Position numbers and translations under genes: made by a program. From IMG/VR virus record IMGVR_UViG_3300020021_000004, positions 1 through 64,000 of that record: a DNA stretch of 64,000 nucleotides. The stretch is one strand, 5' to 3'. The notes under the pieces are model-generated. The model worked only from the letters and a program-made list of their open reading frames with translations. It had not been told where the DNA came from and did no database searches. Source of the stretch: a virus. Below are positions 10,801 to 18,048 of the stretch, piece after piece (the first letter of the stretch is position 1; the number at the start of each line of letters is the position of its first letter).

Positions 10801-11209
10801 CGCTGGCCATCACCTTGCCTTCCTTGCTCTCTTTACCCCGCAGAGCCTTGATCTGGAGCGCCCCCTTCTTCTTCAAAAGAGCTATGTCCTCAAGGGTCGC
10901 TTTCCTCTCCTCGTCGCTCTGCTTGGCCGCCTTCTTGGTCAGAAGGTCGATGTTGTCCATCACATCTTCGAGAGCCTTACCCTCGAGCTTGTATGCCTTC
11001 GTCAGATCTTCGAGACTGGTCTGCCAACGTTCATTCCCATCCTCAGCGTCCTTGGTGGCTTTCTTGTTGACCCCGTTCAGTTTGTCTACAGCCTTGGCGA
11101 CCTCACTGAAGTTACGCTTGGTAGCGCGCTCCATCTTGGTCATGTCCTGAAGGGCTTTTTCGACGTTTACGCCTACTTCTAGGACCTCCCGTTCTGCCTT
11201 TTTCGCCAT
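7808..11209 (-). CDS. Tail tape measure protein
   Basis: 1133 aa, alpha-helical, Ala/Gly/Met/Lys-rich; follows tube and chaperone genes; C-terminal HASGGVV...GERIVP typical of TMPs. Confidence 0.85.
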   Translation of the reverse strand: MAKKAEREVLEVGVNVEKALQDMTKMERATKRNFSEVAKAVDKLNGVNKKATKDAEDGNERWQTSLEDLTKAYKLEGKALEDVMDNIDLLTKKAAKQSDEERKATLEDIALLKKKGALQIKALRGKESKEGKVMASGMFKDAAKELGDTLKDTLSAVFVSKDVKSALENSAKSLVKGLKLSAAGGMKLNQAGSGLMSKGRDRGGLGGMAMKGGGAAMKGLGSMMGGIKPLIETLTKIGPIIGMIGGAALSLVKIFLDMDAKVKDFNKDILASASNTEFMARAGDNTTVAYEKISDTLDGIRDASFDLSNIKWGLGSDDYKAIVNTLNQEGVSLARIGDEADRSGESVKDFTMELAHVSVAYSRAFGVPLQEINTLQAEMMSSMGADLKQTEVSFQQMNKAAQDSGISANKFFGMIRGVSQDLSIWGTRMEDAVKILGRLGKVMDPRNAQKFMQTAVQGLKNMGRTDRLRLSLLTGQGKMGKLVDRDIQRKATGLAKSFGMSGEDLMKKISTKEGRGELEGKVQKMDPSQQGAIREALVDAQLQSDRRKKGTFGTASAARELGPAAALEAMQGALAKFGGGKKLSDIVGTIGGEMMAENLGISEEQLNGMAKFEKSIDNQRDVLKQQLESGDEHQMAAARDALKQAGVTASNDKELSKTVDQLGYDQIMDTLSDGDKDSLNAEAKVEDMATKQANLQTSMLKKLEMILDWLTNSLYNILMGVWDAILSIPGVGNKEDRERVHALRNTSGNKDTELKGLLNSPDFKSALAGSNVSKNIAAALDKLPKDLEEQKSLTTQYNSASPDQQAEISKRLDALNKEIDSIAEVRKTMLKGFDPDQIKEAAKMAGLNTDRGANNRGTSTGKVEDLYSDDELSKIVKKLAWTSATEGRKTDAFMAAEKQLNASGLAQGATPAQPSKSAAPAATKPAGGGPAASPVAPPAPPEVKDQAAAAQDNLSVSKDQAATMASIDSQMDKFKMDTSFLNGPYSKAIEGSVLKSVRTALFEYYMYKDIDQKTMVNAMATGGFTPSTIGPAITQTATGTGVTGDQAVTGLAGHASGGVVTGVNNGMAQVTAAAGEGLASIGKGERIVPAGGGGGNGPISVTVNGVGGDDLARIIQAKVADGIHEYKRKERFH

Positions 11210-11217
11210 GGCCTAAC

Positions 11218-12477
11218 TCACTTCCTTGAGGTATTGAACGGGACGCCGGGGGTACGCCCCGAAGTGGCCACAATCGGGACCTGTGAAGGGTCTCGATTGG
11301 TACGCGAGATGCCGCCCCACTTTTCGGTAAACTTGGCCACCTGCGGATCCATGAATTCAGGGTTGGCCTGCTGAGCCAGCCGCTGAGCGGTCAACTGACG
11401 TCGTCGCTCGATCTGGAATTTCACTTCATCAGCCGTCAGACCCTGCAAGTTGGTGTGGCCCACAAGCTCTCGTGGCCCGTACGTGCTTTCGAAGCCTTGC
11501 TGCAACTCACGAATATGTTGTTCACGACGCTCACGATCCTCGTTAGCTCGACGCTCGTGTGCCTCAACGACAATATCGTGCCAATCCTTCTCACCCTTGA
11601 GATCTCGCTCAAGCTGATTGGTCAGCTCCTCCACGGTCCTCGCGACCTTGATGGTGGCTCCGTTATTGGTGTCCGTATCCATCGATTCACCTAAGAGGGC
11701 GAAACGAAGGATTCTGTCTCGACGCTCTAGGCGTTCTTCCCGCTCCCGGTCCCGACGTCGCTTGTCCTGGCTATGGACCCGGCTCATGCCTTTTCCCGCC
11801 ATGGAAGAAGCGACGAATTTAGCGTTTTCCCACTCCCTCTCGGCCGTCTCCTTCATGTCCTCGTAATAGTTCATGGCCCGCCACGTGAGCTGGCCCCAAT
11901 TCAGACCGAGAGTGTTGGTGCCTTGGATGCCCGTCACCGGAACGCCTGTCAGGTCCTCCCCACCCATCTGTGCCCACCTGAGACGAGAGGTCGTCTCTAC
12001 GCTGTAGGCTTCGGTCAAAATAACCGCTCGATTAGCTCGACGGTTGATCTCGCTCATGTGGCGGATCATCTTCGAGAAAGCTCCGGCTTCCATGCCGCCG
12101 AAGAAAGACGCCAAGTCCGAGAAGTGTCGGTCCCGGTCAGCCAAGATGTTGACGCCATCCACCATGAAGACGCCGTACGCCAGAAAGAGGGCGTGGAACT
12201 TCTGCACCACCTTCCACGAGGAGGTGTCCGGGAGCATGAACTTCAGCATCTCAAACTCGTGGTGGTTCAAAGACTTGAAGATGAACGAGACCCCGTTGAT
12301 CTCCGCCGGTACGTGGATGAACCCCCGAAAGAGCATGGGCTCCACGTCCCTGAAAACTTCAGGGTTTACCTCGGGAAGATCACGAGGGACGTCGATCTTG
12401 ATGTCTTCAGGATCGACGTCCCCGTCGTGGTCTTGTCGAAGCCGCGACTGTTCTTCGTCGTAACCGGCTGGAGGCAT
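11218..12477 (-). CDS. Putative tail assembly chaperone
   Basis: 419 aa charged protein between tube and TMP; inferred from position. Confidence 0.55.
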   Translation of the reverse strand: MPPAGYDEEQSRLRQDHDGDVDPEDIKIDVPRDLPEVNPEVFRDVEPMLFRGFIHVPAEINGVSFIFKSLNHHEFEMLKFMLPDTSSWKVVQKFHALFLAYGVFMVDGVNILADRDRHFSDLASFFGGMEAGAFSKMIRHMSEINRRANRAVILTEAYSVETTSRLRWAQMGGEDLTGVPVTGIQGTNTLGLNWGQLTWRAMNYYEDMKETAEREWENAKFVASSMAGKGMSRVHSQDKRRRDREREERLERRDRILRFALLGESMDTDTNNGATIKVARTVEELTNQLERDLKGEKDWHDIVVEAHERRANEDRERREQHIRELQQGFESTYGPRELVGHTNLQGLTADEVKFQIERRRQLTAQRLAQQANPEFMDPQVAKFTEKWGGISRTNRDPSQVPIVATSGRTPGVPFNTSRK

Positions 12478-12481
12478 GGCA

Positions 12482-13675
12482 TTACTGCGGGCGTCGGAAC
12501 CTAGGGTTGAGACCGCCCGTTTGCCGCTGATCGATAAGGGTCTTCACACCTTTTCCGTCGATCTTTTGAATGTTCCGAGACAACTCTGGAGTCTCTCTCT
12601 GCGGCGGGAAACCCTGAGGCTCATGAGCCACAAGCTGCGGGTCTAGGTTACCCTCCAAAGCGGCGATCTGTGCCGCCCTAGACTCAGCCATTGCGGACTG
12701 AATTTGAGGCGGAACTCCCGCCGGGGCCTGCGATTGAGAGGTGACGGGCACAGGCGCCTGCATGGGCGTGCGGTTCATGGGAACGCGGTTACGAAGGCGC
12801 TCCATCAACTCTTGCTGAAGGTCCTGTGGAGGAGCTGCCAGTACTTCCGGCAAGGGCTCGGCCCTCACAACCGGCTGAGCGACGGGAGGCTGCACGACCA
12901 GAGGCGCTGCTGGAGCGGCAGCGGCGGCTACGACCTCTTTCTTAAGCTGGGCTTGCTCAATCGCGAACTCTCGAGCCCGTCGGGTCACTTCCTCTAGTTC
13001 AGCTGGAGTGCTCTTCGGCATGTAGCCAGCATCTTCCAAGATCTTCTGGGTAAGGTCCTGAGGAAGCAATCCTGACGCTTCCTTCATTTCACCCAAGAGA
13101 CGTCGGAATTTGTCCTCGTCCGTTTCATCCGAAACACGGAACTCAACCTTCTCTCGAGCCCGGCGTTCACCCTCCTTCACCACGTCCGAAAACTTTCGAT
13201 AGAGGACAGCGATGGCCTCTTGGCTCCACGATGAGGCTCGTTCGCGAACCCATTCGTGACGCTCCACCAGCACCGTACGCTCACCCTCGGAGCCGTCCGG
13301 GGGAACCATCGTTAGGTTGATGCCCAGCCCTGCAAGAGCTTCCTTGGCTTCTTCAGCCTTCTGCTTGCTACACGTGGCGTTGATGACGTAGTGCCCCGAA
13401 GGAACGTCGTCCTCGATGAAGTCGACGTCCCGAAGGTCCACGCCTTCGATCTCCACGATCGACCGACACACATGGCCCATCTGGTAGGATTGGAAGTACT
13501 CGATGCCCTCGAGTTCTTCAGTCTCCCCCACGATGGATTCGTAGTCCTTGGGAGCAAGGCTCCGCAAGACTAACGAGCAACCGTCGACTATGACGGGCTC
13601 TTCAGCTCGCCCCACATTTCGCGCCTTTTTGAGCGCTTCTTGGAGCTTCTTCGATTTTAGGGTTGCCATCCTCAT
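12482..13675 (-). CDS. Putative tail assembly chaperone
   Basis: 397 aa, acidic with Pro/Ala-rich tail, immediately downstream of the tube gene. Confidence 0.55.
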   Translation of the reverse strand: MRMATLKSKKLQEALKKARNVGRAEEPVIVDGCSLVLRSLAPKDYESIVGETEELEGIEYFQSYQMGHVCRSIVEIEGVDLRDVDFIEDDVPSGHYVINATCSKQKAEEAKEALAGLGINLTMVPPDGSEGERTVLVERHEWVRERASSWSQEAIAVLYRKFSDVVKEGERRAREKVEFRVSDETDEDKFRRLLGEMKEASGLLPQDLTQKILEDAGYMPKSTPAELEEVTRRAREFAIEQAQLKKEVVAAAAAPAAPLVVQPPVAQPVVRAEPLPEVLAAPPQDLQQELMERLRNRVPMNRTPMQAPVPVTSQSQAPAGVPPQIQSAMAESRAAQIAALEGNLDPQLVAHEPQGFPPQRETPELSRNIQKIDGKGVKTLIDQRQTGGLNPRFRRPQ

Positions 13676-13705
13676 CTCCTTTGCATCTGCATCTGAGAGC
13701 CAGAG

Positions 13706-13774
13706 GACGGCGACGAGGCCTAGCCCTGAGCGGGCTAGGCCGTTGTTCTAATTTTCATCTATATCGTCGCCGTC
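13706..13774 (-). promoter_or_regulatory. Structured intergenic RNA element (nested stems) between tube and chaperone genes
   Basis: Inner stem GGCCTAGCCC/GGGCTAGGCC (13717-13741); outer 11-bp stem 13706-13716/13764-13774; the unpaired part carries AGATGAA on the coding strand. Confidence 0.65.
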
Positions 13775-13791
13775 TCCGGCCCTAAATCAAC

Positions 13792-14514
13792 TCACTGGTT
13801 CGGGGTGCCGACCTGTGAACTGTTGCCCGCGAACCTGAGCGAGAAGCCCGTGCCCGCAGCGCCGTTGGACTGTACTGGTGCCAGACCTGTGTCGACGAAC
13901 TCGCCGTACTGACTACGACCGTCGATGATGTCGGTCACAGTCACGCTGGAGTTCTCTGCGACGATCGCTGCATCCGACGTGTAGGACGCCGAATAGCTGT
14001 TGAGCCAGCAACCCTCGTAGAAGGTGAAGAGCGCACGGATAGGGGTCAGGAACTCCTGGCCCGACGCCTGAACGCTCGCGTTCGGAAGAGCCTGGTCGGT
14101 CACGCCATCGACGTCTTGCGACGATGCGATTTCGGAAAAGACCATCTCTTGCTTGATGTCGAACGGCCAGCGGTGGTGCTTGAGGCTGCGGACGAGACCC
14201 GTCACGCCACCCTTGTATCCGAGAGCCTGAAACAGGTTCACGGCGTACATCAGGGTGCGGTTCAGAGTGAGCGTCATCGGCTCCGTCACACCCGGTACTA
14301 GTTCGGCAACCTGGTCACCGAAACCCACACCACGAACAGGATCGATGGTGCGAGACTCATCATGGCCAAACTCGGAAACTACGCCAATTTGGTTGAATTG
14401 ACCTGTCCCCACCATGTAGCCGAACACTTTGTTCTTCTGTGAAATGGCAGCCCTTGTGTTAGGCGCCGTTCCCATACGGTATATATAATTTGTTGAATCA
14501 GCAGGGCGTCCCAT
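13792..14514 (-). CDS. Tail tube protein
   Basis: 240 aa; QIGVVSEF...SRTIDPVRGVGFGDQVAELVPG...LTLNRT...FYEGCWLNSYS, typical of contractile tail tubes; upstream of chaperones and TMP. Confidence 0.8.
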   Translation of the reverse strand: MGRPADSTNYIYRMGTAPNTRAAISQKNKVFGYMVGTGQFNQIGVVSEFGHDESRTIDPVRGVGFGDQVAELVPGVTEPMTLTLNRTLMYAVNLFQALGYKGGVTGLVRSLKHHRWPFDIKQEMVFSEIASSQDVDGVTDQALPNASVQASGQEFLTPIRALFTFYEGCWLNSYSASYTSDAAIVAENSSVTVTDIIDGRSQYGEFVDTGLAPVQSNGAAGTGFSLRFAGNSSQVGTPNQ

Positions 14515-15133
14515 AACTGGTCTCCTTCACATTTGACATCACCCAGACAGGGCGATTCAGTTTTCTGGAATTACAAGGCTTGCACGCAGGCACGACATTC
14601 TCTTGGGTGTGATCGCCGCCTTTAGAGACAGGGATCACATGATCCTGAGTCATCGGGAGATCATTGCGGAGGCAGTACGCACACCGATGATCAAACAACG
14701 CCAGGGTCTCAGCCCACTGCTGAGCGGTAAAGGTTCTCACCACCTTCTGCATGTACGCACGACGACGAACATGCACCGGGTTCTTGACCAAGTACCTCTT
14801 CTGAATCGCCTTGAAGGCTTCAGGGTGACGAACTTTCCAGAGGTGAAAGCTAACCAGCCGACGACCTTTATTGTCTTGGTACCAATCTCGAGCACGTTGT
14901 GCAGCCTGCTGGCGCTCTTCTGAAGAGTGCTCCTTAGCGGCCCACCAATCACGCTTGTAAGCACGGGCTGCTTCAGGGTCAGCAGCCCGTCGAGCGGTCT
15001 CCTTATCGGAGAGGCACTTCTTGCACTCGCTCTTACGTCCGAACAGACCACGCCGATGAGCCCCGAACGATTCGAGGTCCTTTGGTAGTTTGCAGCTACT
15101 GCAAACCTTGGTCTGTTGGACGACTGCGAGCAT
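14498..15133 (-). CDS. HNH homing endonuclease
   Basis: CAYC...DHVIPVSKGG...NVVPACKPCN; N-terminal CxxC...CxxC zinc finger; overlaps the tube start. Confidence 0.92.
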   Translation of the reverse strand: MLAVVQQTKVCSSCKLPKDLESFGAHRRGLFGRKSECKKCLSDKETARRAADPEAARAYKRDWWAAKEHSSEERQQAAQRARDWYQDNKGRRLVSFHLWKVRHPEAFKAIQKRYLVKNPVHVRRRAYMQKVVRTFTAQQWAETLALFDHRCAYCLRNDLPMTQDHVIPVSKGGDHTQENVVPACKPCNSRKLNRPVWVMSNVKETSYGTPC

Positions 15134-15912
15134 CAGACCTTAGCGTTCGCAAAGAGTCCGTGAATTTGATCGGCGCGAGCCGCCAGCTTGTCTAGGTCGC
15201 TCTTCACCCACGACTGCGTGACGTCAGTCGTCAGGATGCCCGCAACCTTGTCGGTGATCGTCTGCACATCGAGACGAGCACGACTAGCGTTGAACTTGCG
15301 GCCTGCGGTCGCCAACTTGTCGATCGTCTTGAGGGTCGAATCCGTCTTGGCGAGGATCTTCTTGGCCAGCTCCGAATTCGAAGTGTAGACATCGAACGAG
15401 AGACCCGTTGCCGTCTTGTCCCCCACCTGATGAACGTCGGGTGCCCCGAGGTTGTAGTAGGTGGAGTTTTCGCTTTGGTGCGGGCTCTTGATCTTTTGCG
15501 CCAGCTTGATCAAGTGCTGCACACCTGAAGACAGGTTGGCGGCCTTTTTGGCCGAAGCAGCCTTGAGGGCTGTGATGTGGGTCTCGATTGCTTTCAGGTC
15601 GTCAGAAAATGCCATGGTGCCTTTCCTCGCAGTGGGCTCTTCATTCACAGGGGGGATAGAAGAACTAACGTCAGAGGACCAACGGGGGCGGTGAGGAGCC
15701 AAAAGCGTCCACATCGCACCTTCGTCCACCGGGAAAAGGACTTCCTTCTGGGCCAAGAACTCGCTCAATGCGCGCTTAGCGGTCCCTCGGGGAGCCAAGC
15801 CCAACACGAAGTTCAAAGCCGATACCGGCCCTAAATTGAACTTGTAGCCGTCCGGCGTCCGAACCCAGTCGGTCGTGCCGTCCGTCCCAAGCGTTACGAG
15901 CAATCGTCCCAT
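15133..15912 (-). CDS. Hypothetical protein (possible internal start at 15615)
   Basis: 259-aa ORF with phage-like codon usage; strong RBS before internal MAFSDD. Confidence 0.7.
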   Translation of the reverse strand: MGRLLVTLGTDGTTDWVRTPDGYKFNLGPVSALNFVLGLAPRGTAKRALSEFLAQKEVLFPVDEGAMWTLLAPHRPRWSSDVSSSIPPVNEEPTARKGTMAFSDDLKAIETHITALKAASAKKAANLSSGVQHLIKLAQKIKSPHQSENSTYYNLGAPDVHQVGDKTATGLSFDVYTSNSELAKKILAKTDSTLKTIDKLATAGRKFNASRARLDVQTITDKVAGILTTDVTQSWVKSDLDKLAARADQIHGLFANAKV

Positions 15913-15953
15913 GCCTACCTAGGCTGGGGAACGAATGCTCTATTGGACCTGCC

Positions 15954-16775
15954 TCAAATACGTAAAAAGACTTGGAGAAGTGCCGAGGGCAGGATCATCG
16001 TCCCTTCCTCAGGTCCCCGGAGCCAGTATCCGTCGGTCACCCAGTCCTGCGGCTCTCCTAGAGCGGCTTCAACCTCATTCAGCAGGTTGGCCCCCTTCTG
16101 CAAGTCAAAGCTCAGGTAGAAGCTCTTCCGGGCCGCCAAGACGTGCCACCGGTCCCCACCCTCTTGGTGCATCAAAACCCCTCGAAGGAACCCTTGCCGG
16201 TACAGCTCTTCCCACCCAAGAAGCAATTCCGAGTGCTGGCTTGTGGCAAAAACAAACCCATCTGTCCCCCGGTCGACAATTCGAGGAGGCTCGGGCTCAG
16301 GTGGAAGGGAAGGGAGTCGACCGTCCGTCACGTAAGCGTGCAAGAACCCCACGGCCGTCCCCAGGGCGTCTTGTACCTTGTCGTGGGTCTGCGTCAGGTA
16401 CGCTCGAACGAACTTCAGGAATTTGGCGAGGTCGCGATCCACATGAGCCAGGCCCGCCACACCGTGAGCGTCCATCAAGTTCACGGCCGAAAGTAAGCCC
16501 GGGACCGCAGGATTGATGGCTAAATCCCTGTGGAGAAACAGAGTGATTGCCAGCAGGACCCCCATGTTCTCCAAGTTGCGAGCCACCAGGACGAGGGGCA
16601 AGGGACGACCGAGAATAAGGTCCCTGTAGAACAGGTGAACCTGATGGTCCCTGTAGAGAGCCGTGAGGAGGTTTTCACTTTCAACCTTGGGTTGGAAGTC
16701 CCCGAAAGCCACCACCCCTTCGACTTCAGACTCTATGTTCTTGTCGAGGACAACCTGAAGTCGAAGCTCTTCCAT
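15954..16775 (-). CDS. Hypothetical protein (weak resemblance to degenerate DHH phosphoesterases)
   Basis: Likely start MEELRLQ at 16775, coupled (TAATG) to the MT-A70 stop; function not supported by intact motifs. Confidence 0.6.
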   Translation of the reverse strand: MEELRLQVVLDKNIESEVEGVVAFGDFQPKVESENLLTALYRDHQVHLFYRDLILGRPLPLVLVARNLENMGVLLAITLFLHRDLAINPAVPGLLSAVNLMDAHGVAGLAHVDRDLAKFLKFVRAYLTQTHDKVQDALGTAVGFLHAYVTDGRLPSLPPEPEPPRIVDRGTDGFVFATSQHSELLLGWEELYRQGFLRGVLMHQEGGDRWHVLAARKSFYLSFDLQKGANLLNEVEAALGEPQDWVTDGYWLRGPEEGTMILPSALLQVFLRI

Positions 16776-17305
16776 TATCCCGTAGACTCCAAAAGCTGAT
16801 CGCCCATCTGTTGCCAACCTTCTCGTTGGCGACGGGCGAACATTTCGTGATAGGGGCCTGGTGAGCAACTTTCGCAGAGCTGGTACGCCTCATCGGGTTT
16901 TTCGCTGTGAGCACCACGTGGCCACTCAAAATGAGTCCCTCTCGTCTTGCCGAAAGCGTTCCCAACGGGACCTCCTTTTCGACACAAGAGGAGGTGCTCC
17001 GTGTTGCTCTGAAACTGTCCTGTCCCGAATCCAGGTTTGCACCACGTGACCATCTGCTGGGGTTCGAACCCCCATGCCCGAGCAACCTCATACCCCCAGT
17101 CAATGTGCTGATTGATCACCCACAGCCATAAGTGCGCTCGGGGTTGTGTCTCTGGACGCAAGTCGATGATCTGCTGGACCGTCAACAGCTTGTAGTAGCG
17201 CTGAGGTCCTGCACGATAAGGACCGGCAGTCCTGCCCTTGGTGTTAGCATGCAGCTTAGGCCACCACGGAGGGTCAGCCATAACGGTCCGTGGCAGGTCA
17301 ACCAT
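16775..17305 (-). CDS. MT-A70 family N6-adenine methyltransferase
   Basis: ADPPW catalytic motif, HLWLW, WGF...TWCK, TEHLLLCRKG, HSEKPD, EMFAR; likely start MVDLPR at 17305. Confidence 0.92.
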   Translation of the reverse strand: MVDLPRTVMADPPWWPKLHANTKGRTAGPYRAGPQRYYKLLTVQQIIDLRPETQPRAHLWLWVINQHIDWGYEVARAWGFEPQQMVTWCKPGFGTGQFQSNTEHLLLCRKGGPVGNAFGKTRGTHFEWPRGAHSEKPDEAYQLCESCSPGPYHEMFARRQREGWQQMGDQLLESTG

Positions 17306-17315
17306 TAGATAAGGC

Positions 17316-18047
17316 TTACACCGTCGCGACGTCGTACTCCGCCGGATCTCCCGCAGCAAAACGACGCTGATACCCCACCGCACTCATGAGATCGTCGATC
17401 AGCTGGCTCACTCGACGCATCGACATGCTGCGGATGTTGGCTGGGTCGAACGGCCACGCCAACTCACGATACTTGACAAACAGACCCTCAGCTTCGAGGT
17501 CGTCCACCTTGGCTCTCGACATGAGCAGCTTCACGAAGTTGACCTGCTTATCCGAAGGAGGCGGTCCGCTCGGACGCACCGGTGCAGGCGTGGGGGCCAC
17601 CTGCGGAGGAGGCGGAGCGGGGGCCACCGGTTGAGCAGCTGGCTGAGCAACCGGTGCCGGGGTCTCGGGATCCGAAGAACCACCAGCTCGAGATTCCCAG
17701 TACGCCGCTTTCTCTTCATACAACTCCATCACGTCTTCGATCTTGTTCTGGAGTGAATTGCGCCAATTCTGTGTGCGCTTCACGATGGGAACTTTGCCAG
17801 GGACCAAGGATCGTTTTACGTGGACTCCGTAAAACTGTACCCGGATCGCATCTTCTCCCACGCCCGCTCCTGTAGCAGATCCTCGCTTGACTGAGGTCCA
17901 TACGCGGATCACCACATTGGAGCTGAGCGACAAGTCGTAGTAATACTCGCTACCTTGAACCCCTTGTTTGGGACGGAGAGCCCTGTAGCCTCGCTTCAGA
18001 AACCGCTCCATGTCTTCGAGAGTGACCTCGGTATACTGCGCGGCCAT
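17316..18047 (-). CDS. Hypothetical two-domain phage protein with Pro/Ala linker
   Basis: 243 aa; IRVWTSV...GEDAIRV...KRTQNWR domain, then PSDKQVNFV helical domain. Confidence 0.7.
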   Translation of the reverse strand: MAAQYTEVTLEDMERFLKRGYRALRPKQGVQGSEYYYDLSLSSNVVIRVWTSVKRGSATGAGVGEDAIRVQFYGVHVKRSLVPGKVPIVKRTQNWRNSLQNKIEDVMELYEEKAAYWESRAGGSSDPETPAPVAQPAAQPVAPAPPPPQVAPTPAPVRPSGPPPSDKQVNFVKLLMSRAKVDDLEAEGLFVKYRELAWPFDPANIRSMSMRRVSQLIDDLMSAVGYQRRFAAGDPAEYDVATV

Positions 18048-18048
18048 T

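Noticed and set aside
11218-13675. Classic G/GT tail chaperone programmed frameshift
   Set aside because: The two ORFs are separate, with their own ATG 4 nt after the stop; no convincing slippery heptamer seen at the junction.
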